The notes under the pieces: generated by a model
Told to the model about the DNA's origin: nothing
The model's input: the letters and a program-made list of their open reading frames with translations, nothing else
Databases searched by the model: none
Position numbers and translations under genes: made by a program
Source of the DNA: Octopus sinensis
Taxonomy: Eukaryota
Length of the DNA: 64,000 bases
Assembly (NCBI RefSeq): GCF_006345805.1
Contig: NC_042998.1
Span: 47,120,001-47,184,000, forward strand
Direction: 5' to 3'
Shown: one piece after another, positions 39,847 through 51,307 of the stretch
How the letters are laid out: every line of letters begins with the position of its first letter
How positions within the stretch are numbered: the first letter of the stretch is position 1

Positions 39847-40531
39847 TAATTTACAAAATTAGGGCGAAAGAAAAATTCTAATACCAAATATGGTGAAAAA
39901 AAGACAATTTTTGTCTTTTTTTCGGCATATTTGGCATTAGAATTTTTTTTCGCCCTAATGTTGTAAATTATTTATAAATTTAACCTTTAAAGGTATTTTT
40001 TGATATGCTGGCCATTGATAGAATTTTTTTCTCGAAAAAAATTTTATCCTACATTAGTTATAAATTGATTAGTGTTCACTTCCGGATTGTCTCACTCTGT
40101 GAAAGTTTCTAGTTTGAATCACACGTGTCTCGAGATGTGCCGAAGTTTTTTCCATTTTGGATATATTTGGGGTACTTACGTCTGCTCAGGACTTAGTGCT
40201 TGCTTTTTCCATGAGTATGAGTAAGTATTTCACTTATATCTCACGTATTTATCGCTGAAGAAGGGAAAATTCTTATGAATTAACCCTGAAATTGGGACCA
40301 ATACGATAATAACGGATTTTTTAGAAATTTCTATCGGTTTGTTTCGAGACGCATAAATTATAATGGTTATTGACAATTTTTGTCTTTTTTCGGCATCTAT
40401 GGCATTAGAATTATTCTTTCGCCCTATTTTTGTAAATTATTTATAAATTTAAACTTTAAAGGTATTTTTTGATATGCTGGCCATTGATAAAATTTTTTTC
40501 CCGAAAAAAATGTTATCCTACATTAGTTATA
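39847..40531 (+). mobile_element. PLE-type tandem and inverted repeat unit carrying a hammerhead
   Basis: 160-bp direct repeats 39903-40062 and 40372-40531 (period 469 bp), 61-bp inverted copy 39847-39907, HHR at 40249-40309. Confidence 0.75.
40249..40309 (+). ncRNA. Type I hammerhead ribozyme, best-formed in the window
   Basis: TTATCG-CTGAAGA-AGGG-aaAATTC-ttat-GAATTaa-CCCT-GAA-ATTGG-ga-CCAAT-A/CGATAA; predicted cleavage after 40303 (AUA). Confidence 0.85.
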
Positions 40532-40987
40532 TATATATATATATATATTAAGGGTGCGATGGGTGAATTGTTCTATTATATATTTTTATTTTCGGACATT
40601 GTTTTTGATTTTGTCGACTATATGTATGTCTGTATGGATGTATATATGTAAAATGTCAAAGTACATGGCTCAGTGCATATAGAGTATCGGGCTCACACTC
40701 ATGAGGTAGTGAGTTCCATTCGCGGACCGAGCTGTGTGTGGTGTCTTTTAGTAAGATACTTTGTTCGCATTGCTCCAGTTCACTCATTTGTAGAAATGAA
40801 TTGCGATGTCACTGGTGCCAAGTTTATTGGCTTTTACCTTTCTTTTCAATAACATCGATGGCGTAGATAGGCGAGACTGGTATGCATAAGCTACTGCTGA
40901 TCTTCCATAACCAGCTTTGCCTGGATTTGTGTTTCGGAAAGAGGGGACTCTCGAGGCGCAAACCGATGGTTGATCATGAACGAAGAG

Positions 40988-41015
<28 letters not shown>

Positions 41016-41021
<6 letters not shown>

Positions 41022-41150
41022 AGAGTTTACGAAAAAAGCAAAAGACGAAGACAGGTGGTGTACTAGACAAACAGATGTATTAGTATAACGCTTAGGAATA
41101 GAAAAAGTCTTTTACGTTTCGAGCCTACGCTCTTCTACAGAAAGGGACAC
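41016..41150 (-). mobile_element. Short PLE-type terminal repeat with HHR-like motif (CUGUAGA core), copy 1
   Basis: CTTT-CTGTAGA-a-GAGC-gtag-GCTC-GAAAC-GTA/AAAG at 41109-41144; near-identical to 45365-45545. Confidence 0.6.
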
Positions 41151-41817
41151 ATTCTTTTATGCGCTTCAGTCCAAAAGCTGTAGCAATGTTGAGACGCCAC
41201 CTATGTTATCACATATTCAATGGCCATTCTCAAGCGATTGGCTTTTGGTATGTGTGTGTGTGTGTGTGTGTGCGTGAGTGTGTGTATGTAAATGTAAGTA
41301 TATATGTACACACACACACACACACACGCTCACAGATATATATATACAAATGCATAGGTACGTTTATATCAAATACCACACAATATAAATTCTGGATTTA
41401 CTAACATTCTCCCATCCTGTAGCAGATATAACTACCAAATACTAACTGATACAAGCTCCACATAAGAAAGGGAGATAATCTCAAGATTGAAGGATTTCCC
41501 TAAGGCTGGCACACGTGTTTCTGTTTCAATAGACATCACCAGTACGGCTATTGCCGACCTAATATCTAGGAACAAAAGAACTTGAACTTAAATAAAAATG
41601 TAGAACTCATTTATAGTCAAGGTAATTTCCATTATAATGTGAATAATGAGAAACGCTATAATATATATATATTATATGCATATGTATATCATATATATAT
41701 ATATGTATGTATGCATATTATGTATATCATATATGGCAAAAATTAGTAACCGGGCTAATCAGCCTCATTAGGCTTCAAAAGAACGTATTTATTATTTTTT
41801 ATATTTAAAATACGTGC

Positions 41818-41913
<96 letters not shown>

Positions 41914-42000
41914 GTGTGTGTGGTGCGTGTGTTAGTGTGTGTGTATACTTACATATATAGACGTACAGGAGAGAGCGGGATGAAGCAGGCAGTAATAATT

Positions 42001-42410
42001 AAGGCGGCGAGCTGGCAGAACCGTTAGCACGCCGGGCGAGATGCGTAGCCGTATTTCGTCAGCGTTACGTTGTGAGTTCAAATTCCGCCGAGGTCGACTT
42101 TGCCTTTCATCCTTTCGGGGTCGATAAATTAAGTACTAGTTACGCACTGGGGTCGATGTAATCGACTTAATACCTATGTCTGTCCTTGTTTGTCCCCTCT
42201 GTGTTTAGCCCCTTGTGGGTAATAAAGAAATACGTATTTGGTCTGCCGTTATGTTCTGAGGTCAAATTCCGCTGAGGTCGACTTTGCCTTTCATCCTTTC
42301 GGGGTCGATAAATTAAGTACCAGTTACGCACTGGGGTCGATGTAATCGACTTAATCTGTTTGCCTGTCCTTGTTTGTCCCCTCTATGTTTAGCCCCCCCC
42401 CCCTTGTGGG
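42001..42410 (+). mobile_element. SINE family B, full length, with tandem duplication of its 3' half
   Basis: AGGCGGCGAGCTGGCAGAACCGTTAG head, GAGTTCAAATTCC B-box; the 3' half occurs at 42075-42230 and again at 42255-42410. Confidence 0.85.
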
Positions 42411-42674
42411 ATAAACATAGAGAGGACAGAAACAGATATTCAGAGTATGATGTGCTGAAAAAATAATCCGGGGATGATGAGAGACAGCGAGAAACACAAA
42501 GTGGTATGTGTATTTATTAATTTCTATGTGAATATGTACGCGCGTATATAGCTTAATCTGCAGGCATTGTATATGTCTATACATACATACATACATGTAT
42601 ACATACATACATGTATACATACATACTTACATAAATATCTATACAGGTATATATAAATTGTATATGTATATATG

Positions 42675-42721
<47 letters not shown>

Positions 42722-42907
42722 ATGTGTGTCTGTGAGTGTGTGTATACGGGTGCATATAAATGTAGCTACACACACACACACACATATATATATAATATAT
42801 GTATATATGTACATATATAGATACGTATATATGTATGTATATATATGTATATATGTATACATATATGTATATGTGTACATATATATATGTATATACGTAT
42901 ATATGTA

Positions 42908-42962
<55 letters not shown>

Positions 42963-43055
42963 TCATATATGTATATCACTCTCTCTATATATATATATTT
43001 ATGCATATATCTATATATGCGTATATACATATAGATATATATGTATATATGCATG

Positions 43056-43096
<41 letters not shown>

Positions 43097-43553
43097 TATA
43101 TATATGTACCGATTGATAATCTGAATGGATGCAATGCGCGCGGAAACTAGAGGAAAATGATTAATAACAACACTCAAAATCAAATATATGTATATGTATG
43201 TGTGTGTTTGTGTATGCTATGGTTTTTTTCTCGAGAGGCGGTAATGTAAATGTATAATTGTATTTCTGCATTTTTTTTTGTCAGTTTTAAACATATGAAA
43301 TATATCATATTATTTGTCGCGTCTCTGAAACGGAATTTTAAAATATTGAAAATATTTTCGTGGTGGTTTAGTACGTTCTTTTAATGTTTTACCATCTCAA
43401 ATTTTTATTATACCAATGTATTATAACTTTTAAATAAAAAATTCACCGTGTCGTATGTATCATACATATTTATCTATTTATAAGTATTTTTATATTTATA
43501 TATTTGGAATTATTATATCTGTTTTAAAAATGTAGAAGTATATATATATATAT

Positions 43554-43585
<32 letters not shown>

Positions 43586-44005
43586 ATATATATATCCGAT
43601 TTTCTGTGTGGTTATTAATTATGTTCCTTTTCTTTCAGCTTGCATTGTATCCATTCATATTATTAAACGGAATATAGCTTACTTGGAGCACTACAACTCC
43701 AGTCTGTATTATATTTGGGAGTATTGTTAATATTGGCAAACTCAAAATAAAGCAGTATATTTCATATACATACACATAAACATACATACAAATATAAACA
43801 CATACATACATACATACGTACATACGTACGTACATACATACATACATACATACATACATACTTACGTACATACATACGTACATACATATGTACATACATA
43901 CATACATATATATATATGTATATATGTATATAAATATTTATGTATATATATATGTTTATATATATATATTTAGGTATATATATGTATGGATATATATGTA
44001 TATAT

Positions 44006-44046
<41 letters not shown>

Positions 44047-44076
44047 GTGTGTATATATATATATATATATATTCAT

Positions 44077-44113
<37 letters not shown>

Positions 44114-44289
44114 GTATATATGAATATATATATATATATGAATATATGTATATAGGTATATATAATATATATATATATATGATATACATATATGTATATA
44201 AGCTTGTATATATATATATGTATGTATATATATATATTTATAGGTATGTACATGTATATATATATATATACACACATACATACATACAC

Positions 44290-44320
<31 letters not shown>

Positions 44321-44600
44321 TATATGCACACATATTTCATCATGCAAAATTAATCTATAGTCCTATCATAAACAGTGTACGGTGTTGGAAACTTGTGAAA
44401 AATTTGAGTAGCACCGCTTTATACACACCCAAAGCATAACTACATACACCCCTTCCACACACGCACACACACACTCGTACTAACAGAAATATGTCTATAT
44501 GAGTGTATGTGTGTATAGTGCTTGTATTCTTTTATGCATGTATACATATATATATATGTATATATAAATATGTATGTATATACATACATATATATATATA

Positions 44601-44644
<44 letters not shown>

Positions 44645-45152
44645 GTGTGTGTGAGATTGTATGCATACATGCATGTATGGATGAATGTATAATTGTATAT
44701 ATTTTTCTGTGAGTCTGCCTGCATCTCTGTCTCTATGTACTATGTGTGTGCGTGTATTTTTGTGCGTGTTTGTATGTATGTACTGTTTAATTGTGTGTGG
44801 AACTTAGCGATTATGTTGTTGAGCTCACGCGAAAATCGACCTCAGTACCTTCTTTTAAATTATATGACACTTAATACGTGAACTTTTTGCTGTAGCGTTA
44901 ATATTATTGAGACGTAATGAAACGTTTGTAATGCAGTACTGGGTTAGGAAATCGGCCCGCTCCACACCCACACGTAGACGGCAGATGACATAACAGTGCG
45001 TTGACCATAGTCACCCGAGATGCACATGTTTATAGCAATATCGCGCAATGATATACAAAACATTCCTGAATTTATAGCTGGTAATGATGCACTGAAAAAA
45101 TTGCAATAAACCTTGCTCCATCCCTCTCGTGTATATATATATATATAACATA

Positions 45153-45288
45153 AGGGACATCAGCCATCTGAATGTGGCTAGGGACAGGGCAGGGCGGTGG
45201 GGGTGTTACTGATGCATTTAGCCCCAGGCGATCAACACCCTCACCGCCCTGCCCTGTCCCTAGCCACATTCAGATGGCTGATGTCCCT
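45153..45288. mobile_element. Young MITE, 55-bp TIRs, TA flanks
   Basis: AGGGACATCAGCC..GGGTGTT and AACACCC..GGCTGATGTCCCT differ at one position; 26-bp spacer; TA on both sides. Confidence 0.85.
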
Positions 45289-45339
45289 TATATTATGGAG
45301 CAGTTACTGTTTATATCTCGTTTAGAGAATTATTATTGT

Positions 45340-45364
<25 letters not shown>

Positions 45365-45370
<6 letters not shown>

Positions 45371-45541
45371 AGAGTTTACGAGAAAAACAAAAGACGAAGA
45401 CAGGTGGTGTACAAAACAAACAGATGTATTAGTATAACGCTCAGGAATAGAAAAAGTCTTTTACGTTTCGTGCCTACGCTCTTCTACAGAAAGGGACACA
45501 GAAAAAGCAAGGAGAGAAAAAAATGTGTCTAGTGGCTAACG

Positions 45542-45545
<4 letters not shown>
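45365..45545 (-). mobile_element. Short PLE-type terminal repeat with HHR-like motif (CUGUAGA core), copy 2
   Basis: Motif at 45458-45493 has a stem II mismatch (GAGC/GCAC). Confidence 0.55.
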
Positions 45546-45631
<86 letters not shown>

Positions 45632-46125
45632 ATATAGATACATATATATATGTGTGTGTGTGTGTGTTACAAGAAGAGTGATGGGTAGTGACTTCAATGT
45701 TTCTGGCTGCTACCTTTCTTCGGAGAGTGCCCTATGAAATGTCAGTGTTTCGAGTGGTTACAGGGACACTGCGATGTGGCAGTTACTGCTCAAATTCTAA
45801 GTCAAGTATTGATTAATTATTCAGTTTAACGTAAGTGTTTTTCTCATAACTTAGACATAAAAACAAACATTAATATTTGTATGTATATATAATGCGGCGA
45901 GCTGACTGAAACGCTGGCATACCCTACAAAATGCTTAACCACTTTTCGTCCGTCTTTACATTCTGAGTAGAAATGCCGCTCAAGTCAACTTTCTTTGTCA
46001 TCCCCTTGGGTTCGATAAAATAAGTACCAGTTGAGCACTGGGTTCGGACTCCGAAATTGGTTGCCTTCTGCTAAGATTTGAAACTAATATATATATATAT
46101 AATATATATATATATTATATATATA

Positions 46126-46172
<47 letters not shown>

Positions 46173-46187
46173 CATATATATATATAT

Positions 46188-46230
<43 letters not shown>

Positions 46231-46245
46231 CATATATATATATAT

Positions 46246-46276
<31 letters not shown>

Positions 46277-46411
46277 ATATATATATATAAAATATTATTA
46301 GAGACAAAACCACTATTTTGCAAAACAAACAAGGAAAGACTTAATCAATACATAAAATTTTAATAAATAGTCAAAAAAACCGCCACAATTTATAATTTTT
46401 ATTTATTTATA

Positions 46412-46449
<38 letters not shown>

Positions 46450-46454
46450 AATGA

Positions 46455-46830
46455 AAAGGCTGCGGTCATGCTGGGGCACCACCGTTGAATGAGCTACGTG
46501 AAACCACCTCTGATACGTGGCATTTGATCAACAAGGGAGTTCGATGCCACTGCCCGCATCTGTGTTTCCTGCCTAGAGGTAGGTTCATCTGGGACCCCCG
46601 ACAAGAAGAGATTCAGTTTAGTTTTAAAGAAACCCACATCCACACGATGCAGGTCTCTCACGCATTTAGCAAGGATATTGAAGAGCTGTGGTCCTATGCA
46701 ACACAAGCTGTTGCAGTATCTGGTCCTTATTTTGACGGTGATGTTGGGATCTTTGGCACCATGCACTGGCGCCCCGTTCTGCGGTTGTGGTAATATATAT
46801 ACAGGAGAACTTCGGTTTTTTAACAACTAA
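46455..46830 (-). mobile_element. CR1/L2-group LINE 3' end with 3' UTR
   Basis: RYCNSLCCIGPQLFNILAKCVRDL..FKTKLNLFLSGVPDEP..ASNSLVDQ; the UTR matches the SINE-A tail. Confidence 0.8.
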
Positions 46831-47699
46831 CTCTGATCAAGAATAAATCGTACTTTATCTCTTGTCTTTCTCATATTCATTTAATACAGTAGTACTTCGA
46901 TTTACGAAGGCCTCGTTTTTTATTACCCACAAGGGGCTAAATATAGAGGTTTATACAGCACAGAAGACAATACAAAACATAAAATCGGGGAAATAAAAAT
47001 ACAAAAAGGAAATCGAGCAAAGAAGAAAAAATAAAAGAAACGAATAAAATTATGAATAATGATAAAATGAGGCGCAATGCCCACTCGAACCCCAAAGCCG
47101 AGTGGTTACATTTACACATGATTTTGGACAGTTTTTCCTCATATTTTTTTCTTTTGAAAACAAAAAATTCATATTTTCGGCATCATTTTTTTTTTCTTTA
47201 TACTGTTCATAATTACTTCTCCATTCTTCTTGATTCCTCATATTCCACTACGGGCAGCAGAGTGTTACACACAACCACAGCCCGTCTATCATACTCACCA
47301 ATTTATGCTTCCATAAATCCTTCATATCTTTCTTCATTTACTAGAATTATCATTTTCGTTAAATTTCTCTCTGGGCAGCTTCATCCTCACCAGTCCTTTC
47401 AACTTTGATACTCTTCTTTCCACCTCCACACTCTGTTCGTAGATTAGAATCTTTTATGACTCCTTTCTTTTCCTCTTTTTCGTTTAGTTATAATTTGGTA
47501 CCATGCATATACATATCGGTTTAGCCAAAAACGTCCCTCCATTCGATTCATGTCAACACTAGATTTCAATAGCCAAGCATTCTAATAAGTAGCTAACTTC
47601 AGTCTATTCCTTGCGCATAATCACTCGTTAGATACTTGACGTTTGAATGTTGTTCGGTGGGAACTTGCATGAAGCAGGTTGTATTTTGTGTGCTTGGGA

Positions 47700-47990
47700 T
47701 CATCCTGAACATGGAGAACTAAAACAAACATCATCATTACCACGTTTTCTTCATTTTTAAAAAGGCAAGAAAGCGGCACATATCAAAATCGAGTGAAAAA
47801 CAAACCATTTGAATGAAATAGGTTACGTCACCATACTCGATGTTTGGGTCCTATATCAATTGAAAACGATATTTTTTTAGGACAATGGTGACTGGGCTCG
47901 AAAAAGGGATCATCTATAATAATGTGAGGTGCAAACGGTCATGGCAGAAGTGCAGCAAACAACCACAAAAACCTACAGAACACGACCTCA
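47700..47990 (+). mobile_element. mariner transposase fragment
   Basis: FIFKKGKKAA, NHLNEIGYVTILDVWV, MVTGLEKGIIYNNVRCKRSW (decayed VTGDEKW). Confidence 0.7.
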
Positions 47991-47992
47991 TT

Positions 47993-48190
47993 GAGAAATT
48001 AGAAAAGTTAACACGAAACCGGTAATTTCTTCAAAAACTATGTCACTGTATGAAAAAATTTCATAACATTCTTCTGACATGACTGAAATATATTTTTTAA
48101 CCTTTTAAAACAAGCCTTCTGTAGTTTTTTCACTTTTAACTATTTTCTATATATTCAACCACGTGCTATCACACACCACTTTCTCACCTA
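47993..48190 (+). mobile_element. PLE 3' tail with degenerate U3-A8-type hammerhead
   Basis: gAGAAAT-TAGAAAA-GT-taac-AC-GAAAC-CG-GTA/ATTTCTt, followed by a tail homologous to 52050-52225. Confidence 0.6.
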
Positions 48191-48404
48191 TATATATATA
48201 TATTATATATATATATATATATAATAATATATATATATATATATATTGATAGGAATGGTAAGACAACAAATGAATGAAAGGGACCTCGATATTATGTAGA
48301 CGGAGGAATTTATCTGTAAAATTAATATGTGACAATTACTCGGTAGCTATGATAAAACACAAGAGATGGCGGAAACCCACGCCGCCATCTCTTCAGTTAT
48401 TTCG

Positions 48405-48660
48405 CCGATGGCGTCCCACAATTTCTGCACCAGAGAAGCATAATCTTTTAAGTGCGGTGCCTTTTACCAGAAAATCCATCATCACTCCTCCGCGCTGGTT
48501 CGAAAAGACTATCACCTTGCCTGCTGAGGGTTGGATACGAGCCTTTTTTGAAGGTGATGAATTATCATGCTTCTATTGTTTCGACTAGACTTTAGTTTCA
48601 GGATCATTATGATGGACCCATGTATCATCGTGTGTGATAAGTCCGTCGAAAAAGCCCTTC
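48405..48660 (-). mobile_element. mariner (DD34D-type) catalytic-domain fragment
   Basis: FFDGLITHDDTWVHHNDPETK*SKQ*KH..PSKKARIQPSAGKV..DFLVKG. Confidence 0.8.
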
Positions 48661-48934
48661 TCGTTCCATAGGAGGTTTTTCCCTCAGTATTTTATGGCTC
48701 ACAAAACATTTTGGCTGTTTTTGTTACGCTAGCGCATGCCTTACAAGCTCCGGCAATTTGACCTCTTTGAAAGTCCGATAGATCTGTCATTTTAATGAAT
48801 TTTAATTATCTTTTTCTGGTTATATCTGAAAAGAAACAGGAATTTTAGTAAAAGATATTAAGCAACAATAATAAGAAATAAAAAATATTATAATGCTATG
48901 ATGCTAGGTGTTTCCATATTTTGTCCAATCCCTA
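48661..48934 (-). mobile_element. Tc1-like 5' end (TIR plus transposase N-terminus)
   Basis: End motif GGGATTGGACAAAATATGGAAACACC next to TA; ATG at 48790 reads MTDLSDFQRGQIAGACKACASVTKTA. Confidence 0.75.
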
Positions 48935-48949
48935 TATATATATATATAC

Positions 48950-49006
<57 letters not shown>

Positions 49007-49239
49007 TTATAGATATATATATATATATATATATTAAATACAGAGAGAGAGAGAGAGGGAAGGAGTGAGAGAGAGAGATACGTATATTTTACATTTTTAT
49101 CTTTTTTGTTTCACTCATTAGATTGCAGCCATACTGGATTACCTGAAGTGTTTTGTCTAACAAATCATTGCCAGTTGTTATACTGTCGAGGAAAAAAACA
49201 AACCCAAAGAAACACATGAATAGATATAAATGTGCATAA

Positions 49240-49241
49240 AC

Positions 49242-49329
<88 letters not shown>

Positions 49330-49330
49330 G

Positions 49331-49365
<35 letters not shown>

Positions 49366-49382
49366 GTCTATCTATCTATCTG

Positions 49383-49434
<52 letters not shown>

Positions 49435-49506
49435 CCTACCTACCTACCTACCTACCTACCTATCTATCTATCTATCTATCTATCTATCTGTCTATCTATC
49501 TATCTG

Positions 49507-49554
<48 letters not shown>

Positions 49555-49574
49555 CCTACCTACCTACCTACCTA

Positions 49575-49632
<58 letters not shown>

Positions 49633-49650
49633 ATCTATATATATATATAT
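49240..49650. repeat. (CTAT)n/(CTAC)n tetranucleotide array, about 400 bp
   Basis: Directly visible; source of the YLSI ORFs. Confidence 0.98.
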
Positions 49651-49673
49651 ATACATAGATACGCGCAGGCGTG

Positions 49674-49707
<34 letters not shown>

Positions 49708-49743
49708 TTTAGAAGGTTGTTTGTTATCGCCGATCAGAGAGTG

Positions 49744-49792
49744 TTCATTGGTTTCGCACCTATCAGGCGCATAGGTGACTCTTCAGACTGAA
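49744..49792 (-). ncRNA. Hammerhead relic lacking stem III and cleavage triplet
   Basis: TTCAGT-CTGAAGA-gtCACCTAT-gcgcctg-ATAGGTGc-GAAAC-c-AATGAA. Confidence 0.45.
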
Positions 49793-51109
49793 ATGATCGG
49801 ATGTATTTATGCATATATAAGAGGTTTTTCTTTTCCAGTATTCGTTAAAATTCACTCAAAGGACCATGGTGTGCCCGGGGCTATGGTAGAAGACATTGGC
49901 CCAATGTAGAACTGAACATGGAACCATTCATTTGGGATGGAAACGCAGCAACACATATACATGTACAAACATTCATTCATACATACATACATACATATGT
50001 ATGTATACACACATATACATTTATGCATATATATATATATATATAAATACATACATATATACATACTCTTTTACTCACACACATACACACACACACAAAC
50101 TCACACACGCGAGCCATATATATTTGTAAATACACACACTCTCACACACATTTGCGTACAAAGACATACATCAGGTCTTAACAATCAACAAGTGTTTTAA
50201 TTACGTTGTGTTTTTATATATATATTTTGCTATAGGGTCGTTTTGGCCCTTTTTATATCGTTAATTGAATAAATTAACTTGACATAAAACAGATTTGTTA
50301 TTTCTCATCACATAACTACGTTTGAGGAATTTCTTCCAAGTTGACTTTCGTAGTAGTTCGTATCTGTTATTTTTTTAATAAATTTTATGTTATTTATTTT
50401 GGTGTGTTTCTTGGCCCGAAGCTCATCTGCTTCAAGAGAAATTTACAGACAGTATTCTTATAGTCTGCGTAGATCTCAAAGTCGAACAGACTAACTATTA
50501 TTTACGATTTCACCTTTTAAACAAACTTTTACTCATCTCTTTGCGCCATCATTGGTGAACAATATTTCCACAGTTCTCGCCTGGCCAAAATTTCTAGATC
50601 TCGCTCTTACATGCACGCACGAACACACACACACACACACACACACACATACTCGCACACACACACTCGCACACACACACTCGCGTGTACGCACTCACAC
50701 ACGCACGTACGTATAAACACGCATACTTACACATGCAGACGTACCCCTCCCTACACACATATACGCATAAGTGTTCAATATACGCAGAGACACATATGTA
50801 GATTACATTCTGGAATTATGTATGAATGTATGCTTGTACGCGCATTTGCGTATTTGCGTGTGTGTGTCTGTATATGCATGCGTGTGTGTGTATTTCTGTG
50901 TGAGTGTGCGTGCGTGTAGGATACTGTATACTTTAGTGGAGACAACCCACAGAACATGGATGTATATTTGTAAACAAGAATGATGATATCTATGTATACA
51001 CACACTTACACACACACATACGTGTGGTGCACATATATGTGTGTATATACATGCATATGTATATATATATATTTATACATACATACATGTATATATATAT
51101 ATATAGACG

Positions 51110-51190
<81 letters not shown>

Positions 51191-51252
51191 GTAGATAAAT
51201 TTACGTACGTGTATTTATATACATTTTCGCATATATATGTAAACATAAATAC

Positions 51253-51302
<50 letters not shown>

Positions 51303-51307
51303 TATAT

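Noticed and set aside
42075-42410. Regularly spaced direct repeats (also 29060-29425)
   Set aside because: Tandemly duplicated SINE 3' halves, not CRISPR or a new array
48575-48605. CTGAAAC..GTCGAAAC hammerhead-like string on the minus strand
   Set aside because: It is mariner coding sequence (DPETK..SKQ) and the core is not CUGAnGA
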